Below are positions 1 to 10,049 of a stretch of DNA of 32,000 nt, in pieces. Origin of the DNA: Gemmata obscuriglobus (GTDB lineage Bacteria > Planctomycetota > Planctomycetia > Gemmatales > Gemmataceae). The number at the start of each line of letters is the position of its first letter. Positions within the stretch are counted from its first letter, which is position 1. A program made the position numbers and the translations under genes. The notes below the pieces were generated by a model. That model saw only the letters and a program-made list of their open reading frames with translations, was not told the DNA's origin and ran no database searches. Location: assembly GCF_008065095.1 (NCBI RefSeq), contig NZ_CP042911.1, positions 7,530,001-7,562,000 on the forward strand, given 5' to 3'.

Positions 1-239
1 CACTTGTTCGCCTTTTCGAGGCTCGGGGACCCGGTGAGGCGCCCGCCGATCTCGTCGGACAGGTACCGCAGGTTCTTCATGATCTCGGTGCGGGCCTTCA
101 CCTCTTCGATGACCAGCCGGTCCAGGTCGTCCGAGCTGGCGCGCGCCTTGGGCGCGGTGTCGGCCGGCGTCGCCGGGGTGGGGGGCATTAAAAGGGCGCA
201 CAGCACGCCGAGCGCGGCGGGCTTCAGAACGCGGGGCAT
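1..239 (-). CDS. Secreted M28-family (aminopeptidase-like) peptidase, N-terminal part only; gene runs off the window start
   Basis: Minus-strand ATG at 239, frame open to base 1, so it is absent from the ORF track. Translation: MPRVLKPAALGVLCALLMPPTPATPADTAPKARASSDDLDRLVIEEVKARTEIMKNLRYLSDEIGGRLTGSPSLEKANK. Signal-peptide-like start, then the L.YLsd.IGpRltGSp...kA segment that typically opens M28 peptidases. Confidence 0.45.
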   Translation of the reverse strand, partial: MPRVLKPAALGVLCALLMPPTPATPADTAPKARASSDDLDRLVIEEVKARTEIMKNLRYLSDEIGGRLTGSPSLEKANK

Positions 240-361
240 GAGACGGACTCCGAGCGGGACGGTGCGAGAGCGAGCGTGATGAGAGAGTGAACGTATTGTG
301 TGAGAGCCCGCGCGCGGAAACAATTAGGAAGTGCTTAAAAACTGGGGAGAGCTTTCACGGC

Positions 362-460
362 TCACCCGTGCCTCGTGACGCCCACCTGCTGACACATGGA
401 CAGCAGCGGGCACGTCGAGCACTTGGGCCGATCGCCGGTGCAGATGTGCTTACAGCCGCC
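362..460 (-). pseudogene. Endonuclease III-like (HhH-GPD glycosylase) 3' remnant
   Basis: Minus frame ending at TGA (364-362) reads GGCKHICTGDRPKCSTCPLLSMCQQVGVTRHG*. It has the exact C-x6-C-x2-C-x5-C [4Fe-4S] loop spacing of Nth/MutY-type enzymes. No glycosylase body lies upstream of it. Confidence 0.55.
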
Positions 461-591
461 GAGTCGAAAATCAGAAAAGGCAGGGTGGCTACGTCGTTGG
501 AAAACGTGGCTGCGGGGTAAATATTGCTGCCGACCAGTGCGGTAAGAGTGGCGTCGTTCGAGAGACGGGAGTACAGCGTGTCGTTGAGCAT
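461..591 (-). pseudogene. Fragment of a DUF3168-like phage head-tail/tail-completion gene
   Basis: ATG at 591. MLNDTLYSRLSNDATLTALVGSNIYPAATFSNDVATLPFLIFDS fits the N-terminal signature L...L..D..l.ALVG.rIYP......lPy.vf. Similarity stops near 460. Track ORF 355..720 then continues out of frame through the Nth remnant. Confidence 0.4.
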
Positions 592-612
592 GCCCGTATT
601 TAGTGACGGCAC

Positions 613-643
613 GAACGAAAAGCCCCGGGTGGTTAGTCCGGGG
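613..643 (-). terminator. Rho-independent terminator-like hairpin after the 656..982 ORF
   Basis: On the minus strand: CCCCGG, 9-nt loop, CCGGGG, then CTTTTCGTTC. It begins 13 nt after the ORF stop. Confidence 0.45.
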
Positions 644-655
644 CGGATTACCTCG

Positions 656-982
656 CTACGTCGCCGGTCTCTCTCCCCGCTCTTGCAGCAGTCGATACAT
701 GACGGCTTCGTCCAAGTCATTAACCCAGTACTGAGGTTCTGCTTTCGTCGTTTCCTGACCTAGTGCCCTGAGCGTAGAAGGTAGGTCGAGCCGTGTCAGA
801 AAGTGCATCAGGCGATCCCTGCGTTCATCCCCGACCGGTTCCCCGTTGACGTACATCATCCATTGCGTTTGCGTGCCGGGGCGAGCTTCGTAGCTCCTCC
901 CGGCACGCTCTTCCTCCCTCAAGTACTTAGCCGCCCAGCCCAGCACTGCTACCTCTGGGGGGTTGTCCGAAATAGTACACAT
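656..982 (-). CDS. Hypothetical protein (108 aa) in the low-GC insert
   Basis: Track ORF. It sits in a ~50% GC block unlike both flanks and is followed by a terminator-like hairpin. No family recognised. Confidence 0.45.
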   Translation of the reverse strand: MCTISDNPPEVAVLGWAAKYLREEERAGRSYEARPGTQTQWMMYVNGEPVGDERRDRLMHFLTRLDLPSTLRALGQETTKAEPQYWVNDLDEAVMYRLLQERGERPAT

Positions 983-1132
983 GCCTCTACCTCAGTTAGC
1001 TCATCTCGTCAACATGGTCATCGGCAAATCGTCTTGAGTGGCTTCGAAAAAGTGCTCCCGCTTCTCTATCGTTTTCCTGACGCAAGCCTTTTAATCGTCA
1101 CAATCTTTAAATTTTAACATTATTCAGGGTGG

Positions 1133-1355
1133 TTAGTTCGGTGCAGCTTGAGGGTGTGTCGTAACTGTTGCCCCCTGCGTGCGGATGCTCACGATGCACG
1201 CAATCAGGATCTCGAAAACGGAATCGTGCCCCGCCGCGGCAAGCTCGAAAAGAGCCGCCTTCGGGTACGGTGCGACGGCCTCCCGGAGAAGTGGCACCGC
1301 TTCCTCAATGTCGAAGGGCTTCTTGTTCGCTTCGGCACGCTTCGGGGGCGGCCAT
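1133..1355 (-). pseudogene. Endonuclease III-like (HhH-GPD) 5' remnant
   Basis: The minus strand reads PPKRAEANKKPFDIEEAVPLLREAVAPYPKAALFELAAAGHDSVFEILIACIVSIRT, then unrelated QGATVTTHPQAAPN*. It resembles the first helices of Nth-type proteins (pattern pFE.LiA.ilS.rT.D). The only nearby ATG (1355) is out of frame, and a TAG lies in frame upstream. Confidence 0.5.
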
Positions 1356-1360
1356 CGGAG

Positions 1361-1972
1361 CTACTCCTTCCCCAGCAGCAGATCGACCACCCAGCACCCA
1401 CGCACATGCTGTGCCTCGCTGCGGCAGTGGGTCAGGATGTCGGCGTTGTCGCACCCCGCGTCTTGGAGGGCGTCGGCCAAGATGGGCATGCGGTCGAAGG
1501 CGCGGTCGGCGTAGATGCCGGTGACGAGGGCAGTGATATTGGAGGTGAGCCAAGCCGGATCGGCGGCCACGGGGCGGAAGGGATTGCCGAAGATGTCCCG
1601 CACGACGGCCGCGAGGACGGCGTGCTCGGCTGCTATTTGGACTTCCCTCACGCTGTCGTCGGTGTAGCAGCAGCAGACGGCGCTATCGACGCCGTACCTA
1701 GCGTGGTAGTACGGGTCGGTATGGTGGAACGCCCCGTGAACGAACTGGCGGACCCCCTCCCATTCCTCGAACGTGGCCTCCCCGTCAACGTACCGCTCGG
1801 TCGTGGCAGCGTACTGAGAGCCGATCCCCTCGCTCATGTCCGGACGAAACCGTAGATACTCCCGCTCGCAGAAGACGGCGAATAGCCTTAACTTCCGGTC
1901 GCTTGTCTTATCCCGCAGGTACTCCAGCATGGGCTTCGGGTTCGTACAGTTCAGCCATTCTTGCTCGGTCAC
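1361..1972 (-). CDS. Conserved hypothetical protein, Gemmata-type paralog family (copy A)
   Basis: 203-aa track ORF with high GC3. Starts MTEQEWLNCTNPKPMLEYLRDKTSDRKLRLFAV. Ends DIFGNPFRPV..WLTS..GIYADRAFDRMPILADALQDAGCDNADILTHCRSEAQHVRGCWVVDLLLGKE. The C-terminal ~80 aa are near-identical to those of 4831..5604. Confidence 0.85.
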   Translation of the reverse strand: MTEQEWLNCTNPKPMLEYLRDKTSDRKLRLFAVFCEREYLRFRPDMSEGIGSQYAATTERYVDGEATFEEWEGVRQFVHGAFHHTDPYYHARYGVDSAVCCCYTDDSVREVQIAAEHAVLAAVVRDIFGNPFRPVAADPAWLTSNITALVTGIYADRAFDRMPILADALQDAGCDNADILTHCRSEAQHVRGCWVVDLLLGKE

Positions 1973-2075
1973 GGCGTTGGCTCCGGTCGGTCCTTGTCAG
2001 CATGACCGAGAGCCAGAACTAAGACAAGCAGGCGAGAGAGGGTCGCACCAACACGCGATGGCTGAGACAAGACAA

Positions 2076-2153
2076 TTTTGACAGGATCGACAGGATCAAC
2101 AGGATTTCAACCAATCGGTCTTCATCCGGTGAATCCTGTCGATCCTGTCAAAA
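2076..2153. repeat. Perfect 21-bp inverted repeat (hairpin/REP- or MITE-like element) built from GACAGGAT units
   Basis: TTTTGACAGGATCGACAGGAT (2076-2096) pairs with ATCCTGTCGATCCTGTCAAAA (2133-2153), with a 36-nt spacer. The left arm continues as a third unit (GACAGGATC GACAGGATC AACAGGATT). Confidence 0.8.
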
Positions 2154-2206
2154 TCTGTATTCGCCCACACGAAGCCGCGACCAGCAATCCGTTCCGCCAC
2201 CGTTTC

Positions 2207-2377
2207 TTACGCGAGGTGCCGCTCTGCGCCGGTCTGGCGCCGCTTCGGTCGGCCGACCCGTGCGACCGCGTAAACCAGAGCCCCGACGATTGCGACCTCC
2301 AACAGCCCCGGTCGCAGCACCGTGCCGATGACGATCCCAGCAATCAAGGCAAGCACCGTTGCGTTAAATCCGGCCAT
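2207..2377 (-). CDS. Possible small membrane protein (56 aa)
   Basis: Not in the track (<60 aa). ATG 2377 is preceded by GAGAGG. Translation: MAGFNATVLALIAGIVIGTVLRPGLLEVAIVGALVYAVARVGRPKRRQTGAERHLA*. It has two hydrophobic stretches and a basic tail. Confidence 0.3.
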   Translation of the reverse strand: MAGFNATVLALIAGIVIGTVLRPGLLEVAIVGALVYAVARVGRPKRRQTGAERHLA

Positions 2378-2426
2378 AGCGACCTCTCAGTAATGGGTCC
2401 TACTGTAAGGTATACGTTCATCGATC

Positions 2427-3374
2427 TTATTTCTTCTCCTCCACGGCGGATTTGTACCCGGCCGGCGGCTTCGTATCGAACAGCCCGTCCGTCTTCACGT
2501 CCCACTCGAACTTCTCGAGCCGAACCCCCGCGACGCCCTTTGCCGTCGGGTCCTTCCCAGCTTGGAGCGCGAACTCGAGCCGCACCGGCCGTTTCGTCTC
2601 CGGGTGGACCCAGATCCGGTACCGCCAGGGCGCGTCCTTCGCCCCGGCGTTCGGAATTTCCAGCTCGAACCGCGCGGCTTTCACACCGTCGATTTCATCC
2701 GTCCCGGCCGCCTTCTTGTCCCCACCCGAGTACGTCGCCAGCCCGTGAACGAGTTTGAGTAGCGTGGCCTCCTGCGCACCGGGCTTTCCGCCCAACGAGT
2801 CGCACGTCTTATCACGGTGGTCGATGGCGACCCCTTCTTTCCCGTGCGGGAGAATGGCAACGGCCTGCGACTTGCCGCCGGCAAAGATCTCGTTGCGCAA
2901 CGATCCGGGCGCGGCCCACGTCAGCTTGACGGTCATCGTCTTTGCGACGGCGGCCGGCTTCCCGTCATGGAGCAGGACGTAATCGCACGAGAAGGACTTC
3001 GCCTCCTTGAACGGCTTGAGGCCATCGGCCAAAGCGACGGCCGGGGTCCCGCCCCAGCCGAGAACGACGACGACAATCACCGCGGCCGAAATGGCCCCGG
3101 ACGTGATCCAGGTGCGTCGATCCATGAGAACCCTCCAAAGGAGTGTGTTACGTGTCGGTGCGGGCTCCGCGGCCAGGGCCGCGAGCAGCCGCGCACGCCC
3201 GGCCGCGTGGCCGCGATCGGCCGCGGCGTGGGCCGCTTCCATCCCGTGCATGACGCCATTGATGTCGGAGAACCGGGCCGCGCACGCCGGGCACCCGGCC
3301 ACGTGCTGCTGAACCGCGGAGGCATCGCCGGTCAGGGCGAGTTCGACGAGGGCGTCGTCGGTTGGGCACTTCAT
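2427..3374 (-). CDS. Anti-sigma factor (zf-HC2/ZAS N-terminus, one TM, extracytoplasmic domain)
   Basis: MKCPTDDALVELALTGDASAVQQHVAGCPAC carries H-x3-C-x2-C. TM segment TWITSGAISAAVIVVVVLGWGG. ATG 3374 overlaps the sigma stop (ATGA, 3371-3374). The track start at 3413 would overlap the sigma gene. Confidence 0.8.
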   Translation of the reverse strand: MKCPTDDALVELALTGDASAVQQHVAGCPACAARFSDINGVMHGMEAAHAAADRGHAAGRARLLAALAAEPAPTRNTLLWRVLMDRRTWITSGAISAAVIVVVVLGWGGTPAVALADGLKPFKEAKSFSCDYVLLHDGKPAAVAKTMTVKLTWAAPGSLRNEIFAGGKSQAVAILPHGKEGVAIDHRDKTCDSLGGKPGAQEATLLKLVHGLATYSGGDKKAAGTDEIDGVKAARFELEIPNAGAKDAPWRYRIWVHPETKRPVRLEFALQAGKDPTAKGVAGVRLEKFEWDVKTDGLFDTKPPAGYKSAVEEKK

Positions 3375-3922
3375 TGCGGCACCTCCCCGGCCGGTCGATC
3401 GGCCCCCATCCACCGGGCGAGTGTTCCGACAGCACGCGTGATTAGGGCGTATGTGCCCGACCGGGACCGGCCCAGAAGGCGGGCCGTTTCGTTCCCGTCG
3501 CGGCCGTTCAGGAAGAAGAACTGGATCGCCCGCCGCTCCTCCTCGGGCAACCGGGCCACCAGCGCGAGCATGTAGGCCGCCTCGTCCGCGCCGTCGATGT
3601 CGTGCTCGGCCGCCCGCCCGTCGGCGAGGTCATCCGGGAGCGGTTCCCGCGTGCGGTTCCGCCGCCGGGTTTCCTGAACCACGCGGCGGGCGATCCCGAC
3701 GAGCCACGGGGCGAACCGCTCGGCATCCCGGAGCGTCGCGATGGACCGGTACGCCCGGAGGAACACGTCGTGAGTGATGTCCTCGGCGAGGCTCGGACCG
3801 GCGTCACCCGCGACCGTCCGGACCAGCCGCGCGTACCGGTCGTACAACCGGGCGAAGGCGTCGCAATCGCCCGCTGCGGTTCGACGCACCAGTTCGCCGT
3901 CGGTCGGGGTGGCGTCATTCAT
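3371..3922 (-). CDS. ECF (sigma-70 family group 4) RNA polymerase sigma factor
   Basis: 183 aa. Region 2 reads DITHDVFLRAYRSIATLRDAERFAPWLVGIARR. Region 4 reads LPEEERRAIQFFFLNGRDGNETARLLGRSRSGTYALITRAV. GAGG lies 5 nt upstream of ATG 3922. Confidence 0.9.
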   Translation of the reverse strand: MNDATPTDGELVRRTAAGDCDAFARLYDRYARLVRTVAGDAGPSLAEDITHDVFLRAYRSIATLRDAERFAPWLVGIARRVVQETRRRNRTREPLPDDLADGRAAEHDIDGADEAAYMLALVARLPEEERRAIQFFFLNGRDGNETARLLGRSRSGTYALITRAVGTLARWMGADRPAGEVPQ

Positions 3923-4441
3923 CTCACCTCACTCGTGCGTCGAGCCGGCCGATCGTCCAAACTTTTTCACCGTCCGACGTGCGGCACGCCGCTGGTGCCC
4001 CTGCGGAAGGGGCACGCCGATTCCTCTCGCAAAAGCCTGTGCGAGCCTGGCACAGGCGCGACGGGCGTGAGCGGTGACAGTGTGTCAGAGATGGGCGAAT
4101 AGGCGCACCCGATCGATGCGTTCCCCGCATCATCCGAAGGGCTGTGAGTGGCGGCTGTGGTTTCGACAGCGCGCGGAGGGGCCGCCAGCCGTGAGGTCGC
4201 CGGAACCGGGCACAAGGTACCCAACTTATCAACCCGTGGGAAGCCGAATGCCATGTCGGACAACTGACATCGGAACTTGAGGGGAAAAAAGGGAGAGTCC
4301 CGCAGGGAAGAGATCGTGTTCTACAGTGAACCGCAAGCAACCCGGACTTGTCGGTTTTGTGTTCGCGGAACTTTAGCGATTTTGGTCCGCAGGTTGCTTC
4401 TGCTCACAACAACTTGCCACTCCCTCAAGGACGAGGCCACC

Positions 4442-4639
4442 ATGCTCGTGCTCACCCGTAAGACCGGCCAAGAAATCATCATCGACGGCAACATCCGCAT
4501 CACGGTGACGGCCTGTGGCGACGGCCGCGTGAAACTCGGGATCAAGGCCCCCTCCAACATCAAAATCGATCGGGCCGAGGTCGCGGCCCGCATCGCCGCC
4601 GAAGAAGTCGAGTCCCTCGTGGAACTCGCCTGCGGTTGA
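4442..4639 (+). CDS. csrA: Carbon storage regulator CsrA (65 aa)
   Basis: MLVLTRKTGQEIIIDGNIRITVTACGDGRVKLGIKAPSNIKIDRAEV is near-canonical CsrA/RsmA. ATG 4442 lies inside track ORF 4277..4639. AAGGACGAGG lies just upstream. Confidence 0.9.
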   Translation: MLVLTRKTGQEIIIDGNIRITVTACGDGRVKLGIKAPSNIKIDRAEVAARIAAEEVESLVELACG

Positions 4640-4733
4640 CACGCGCTCCGTACTCGCTTACTGTTCTGCCCACTCGGACGCGTACCAGGACGGTACACCG
4701 CGCGGGCATGGATTGTCCTTATTCGGGTAGACA

Positions 4734-4776
4734 CCCCACCGCCGGGCCATCGGCCTGTCGGTGGGGTTGTCGTTTT
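4734..4776 (+). terminator. Rho-independent terminator candidate downstream of csrA
   Basis: CCCCACCG (4734-4741) pairs with CGGTGGGG (4759-4766), followed by TTGTCGTTTT. Confidence 0.5.
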
Positions 4777-4830
4777 GAGCGGGTAACTTCTTCAGCCGAA
4801 CGGCTTCTTTGCTTCAGGCGGTCATCGAAG

Positions 4831-5604
4831 CTACTCCCTTCCCAGCAGCAAATCGATCACCCAGCACCCACGAACATGCGGCGCCTCGCTGCGGCAGTGA
4901 GTCAGGATGTCGGCGTTATCGCACCCGGCGTCTTGAAGGGCGTCGGCCAGGATCGGCATGCGATCAAAAGCACGGTCGGCGTAGATGCCGGTGGCGAGCG
5001 CGACGACATTCGATGTGAGCCACGACGGGTTGACGATCACGGGGCGAAAGGGGTTACCGAAGATATCACGGACCAGCACGGCAAGAGCGGCCTTTTCACC
5101 CTTTATGATGGCTCTGCTCTCATCCGAGCGAACAGACTCATCTTGCTTGCACAGGGCAAGGGGTGCGTACTTCGTGACGATGTTCGCCGGCCCCATTGGG
5201 TAGGCAAAATCCGCCAGAGCAGTCACAGCCGAATAACACGCTCCGTTCCACTCGCCATCGCGTGGACCGCTGACAGCCTTCGCCACACGCCGCAAGTCTC
5301 TCTTCGAGGCTTCTCCATCAGCGAACCGTTCAGCCACCTCGACGAGTTGCTGTAACCTTATGTCGCTGATCAGGTGCCAAATGCGACGGCAACCCGCAAC
5401 GCCGAATAGGAGAGGTTTGCGACGAGTGACACGGGGCTGAAGGAATATGAGCAGAGCATCGAGCTCTGTGGCAGATAGCCAATCTACTTCCACCTCAATG
5501 CTCTTCGGTGGTGGCGATGGAGGTACGTATTCCACCCCGAATATCTGGCAAAGGAGGGCTTGCGGGTCCACTTCCCCCACTGAGCCCGGCTCTGTTTCGG
5601 CCAT
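4831..5604 (-). CDS. Conserved hypothetical protein, Gemmata-type paralog family (copy B)
   Basis: 257-aa track ORF. Contains RRKPLLFGVAGCRRIWHLISDIRLQQLVEVAERFADGEA. Ends DIFGNPFRPV..WLTSNVVALATGIYADRAFDRMPILADALQDAGCDNADILTHCRSEAPHVRGCWVIDLLLGRE. Confidence 0.85.
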   Translation of the reverse strand: MAETEPGSVGEVDPQALLCQIFGVEYVPPSPPPKSIEVEVDWLSATELDALLIFLQPRVTRRKPLLFGVAGCRRIWHLISDIRLQQLVEVAERFADGEASKRDLRRVAKAVSGPRDGEWNGACYSAVTALADFAYPMGPANIVTKYAPLALCKQDESVRSDESRAIIKGEKAALAVLVRDIFGNPFRPVIVNPSWLTSNVVALATGIYADRAFDRMPILADALQDAGCDNADILTHCRSEAPHVRGCWVIDLLLGRE

Positions 5605-5643
5605 TAGTCCTCATTCACGATAGCGTGAGGGTGTTCGCCCCCT

Positions 5644-6719
5644 CTCCCCAAGTCCGGAGGCGCCCAGCGACAGTTGGGGATACCGACGGTCGTGGATCGA
5701 CTCGTGCAGCAAGCGATCCTGCAAGTGCTCACACCGTTATTGGACCCGACCTTCTCGAACTCCAGCTACGGCTTCCGTCCGAAGCGCGGGGCGCACGACG
5801 CCTTGGCCGCGGCGAAGCGGTACGTGGAGGAGGGACGAACCATCGTGGTGAACCTGGAACGGTTCTCCGACCGGGTGAACCACGACATCCTGATGGCGCG
5901 GCGGGCCCGACGTGTGGCCGACAAGCACCTGTTGCGGGTCGTGCGCCGCTTCCTCGAAGCGGGGCTGATGCAAGACGGTGTCTGTATCGCGCGACATGAG
6001 GGGACTCCGCAAGGCGGACCACTTTCGCCGTTGCTGGCGAACCTGTTGTTGGATGATTGGGACCGGGAATTAGAACGACGCGGTCATCGGTTCTGTCGGT
6101 ACGCGGACGACTGCAACGTGGATGTGCAGTCGCCCGGGGCGGGCGAACGGGTGATGGCGTCGCTGATCCGATTCCTGGAAGGCAAGCTGCGATTGCGTGT
6201 CAAAAGGCAAGCTGCGATTGCGTGTCAACCGGGAGAAGAGCGCGGTGGCGCCGGTCCAGGAGCGCACGTTCCTGGGCGATCGACTCCTGGGGGACGGGCG
6301 GTTGGGGATGGCGCCCAAGAGTCTGGAGCGGGCCAAAGATCGTATTCGGCAGATCACCCGAAGGAACCGCGGAATCGGCTTACTCCGGGTGGTCGGCGAG
6401 TTGAACAGCTTCCTCACCGGGTGGGTGACGTACTTCCGCCATGCGGCGATGCGGAGCCTGTTACCGGATGTGGATGGCTGGATTCGGCGGAAGCTGCGCT
6501 GCGTGCGGTTGAAGGAGTGTAAGCGGTCGGGTGCGATCGCCGATTTCCTTCGTCGGGCCCGTGTTCCCGAACGGGACGCGTCAGACGAGTTCATAGGGCA
6601 AAGGTTGGTGGCGTCCGGCGGGCAGTGAGGCCGCCCACCGCGCCATGACCGAGGAGTGGTTCGAGAAACTCGGGCTGGTGTGCCTGCGACAGAGGTTCGA
6701 GAAGCTAAACCAGAAGTAG
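5644..6719 (+). pseudogene. Group II intron reverse transcriptase/maturase, pseudogene
   Basis: The ORF is split between track ORFs 5674..6522 and 6197..6628, plus a third frame at ~6590-6719 (GKGWWRPAGSEAAHRAMTEEWFEKLGLVCLRQRFEKLNQK*). That gives at least two frame disruptions in addition to the 5' truncation. Confidence 0.8.
6179..6228 (+). repeat. Perfect 25-bp tandem duplication that frameshifts the RT gene
   Basis: AAGGCAAGCTGCGATTGCGTGTCAA occurs at 6179-6203 and again at 6204-6228. Deleting one copy restores FLEGKLRLRVNREKSAVAPVQERTFLG in a single frame. Confidence 0.95.
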
Positions 6720-6721
6720 AA

Positions 6722-6791
6722 ACCGCCGGATACGCGAAGTATGTCCGGTGGTGTGGGAGGACGGGGGGAGCAATCCCCCCTCCTACCCGAT
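6722..6791 (+). ncRNA. Group II intron domain V and domain VI (3' end of ribozyme)
   Basis: DV: CCGCCGGATAC / GCGAA loop / GTAT-(GT bulge)-CCGGTGG (6723-6751), with a CGC triad near the helix base. DVI: GGGAGGACGGGGGG-AGCAAT-CCCCCCTCCT-A-CCC, with a bulged A at 6785. The inferred 3' end is ~6790-6792. Confidence 0.6.
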
Positions 6792-6831
6792 TTACATCCC
6801 CACACCCGGACTCACGCTCGGGTCGCGCGAG

Positions 6832-9501
<2,670 letters not shown>

Positions 9502-9635
9502 GATCTTCCGTGGGATGAGGAGTCGGCCGCGCCTACGGCAGCGTGGTTCGCCATTAGGTTTACGGACACATCCGGGGCGCGGCCAAGCGGACGGGGTGTT
9601 AGAATGCCTGAGACTCATCGCGAGGAGGAGGGCGC

Positions 9636-10043
9636 ATGCTCCGCACAACGATTCAGACGCGCGACGAGACCACGGGCGTGGAGTTACCAATCTCGGCGGA
9701 CCTCCGTGAGAAGGTGCGCCGTGCAACCGAATTCCTCGAATCGGAACTCCGCGAGGTCGCCGAAAAGTTCGAGATCGAACTGAGGTGGTGGTTCGTGCCC
9801 GAAAGCGGCGGTGACCTGCGACCGGGGTTCGACCTCACGACCCCGAACGTGTCTGGGAACAAGGATATCGGCGTGGTTGCCTGTTCGTTCGATGCCGGCG
9901 AGTTGAAGGACGACGATTCCATGCGTCGCGCGCTTCGACAACCGCTGTGGCACTTCAGCCGTGCCCTGTCCGGTGTTCTCAAGGAAGAATTGGCCCGCAT
10001 CCGCCGCGACCTGACCGCACTCGCAACGGTCGGAGAAGAATAG
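9636..10043 (+). CDS. Hypothetical protein (135 aa)
   Basis: Track ORF. GGAGGAGG lies 5 nt upstream of the ATG. It is divergent from ppdK. No family recognised. Confidence 0.6.
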   Translation: MLRTTIQTRDETTGVELPISADLREKVRRATEFLESELREVAEKFEIELRWWFVPESGGDLRPGFDLTTPNVSGNKDIGVVACSFDAGELKDDDSMRRALRQPLWHFSRALSGVLKEELARIRRDLTALATVGEE

Positions 10044-10049
10044 TCAGTC

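Larger units (their letters stand above)
5644..6791 (+). mobile_element. Group II intron remnant: 5'-truncated, RT/maturase ORF disrupted, domains V-VI retained
   Basis: RT homology starts abruptly at LPKSGGAQRQLGIPTVVDRLVQQA (an in-frame TGA lies at 5626). RT motifs SYGFRPKRGAHDA, GTPQGGPLSPLLANL and YADDCNV are present, as is the X domain LTGWVTYFRHA...WIRRKLR. DV- and DVI-like hairpins follow the ORF. Ribozyme domains I-III and the RT N-terminus are absent. Confidence 0.8.

Noticed and set aside
626-1142. GGGTGGTTAGT(C/T)CGG present at 626-642 and 1125-1141, as possible target-site duplication of the low-GC insert
   Set aside because: The first copy is simply the loop and right arm of the terminator hairpin. 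The match is 15/17, and neither copy coincides with the inferred Nth breakpoints (~460 and ~1178), so it may be chance.
2076-2153. CRISPR-like repeats
   Set aside because: There is only one inverted-repeat unit with 9-nt sub-repeats. There is no array of direct repeats with unique spacers here or anywhere else in the window.
2078-2758. 226-aa + strand ORF spanning the hairpin repeat and the anti-sigma 3' end
   Set aside because: It begins inside the GACAGGAT inverted repeat, is Pro/Arg/Ser-rich, and overlaps the better-supported anti-sigma gene in antisense.
3924-4340. 138-aa and 98-aa minus-strand ORFs in the csrA leader
   Set aside because: No SD or start context is present. The composition is Arg/Pro/Ser-rich with mixed codon bias. 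The region reads better as non-coding leader or promoter DNA.
4367-4391. ECF-type promoter GGAACTT-N16-CGCA upstream of csrA
   Set aside because: The -35 is good, but the -10 region lacks the usual CGTC/GTC at the correct spacing. A single GGAAC in 500 nt is expected by chance.
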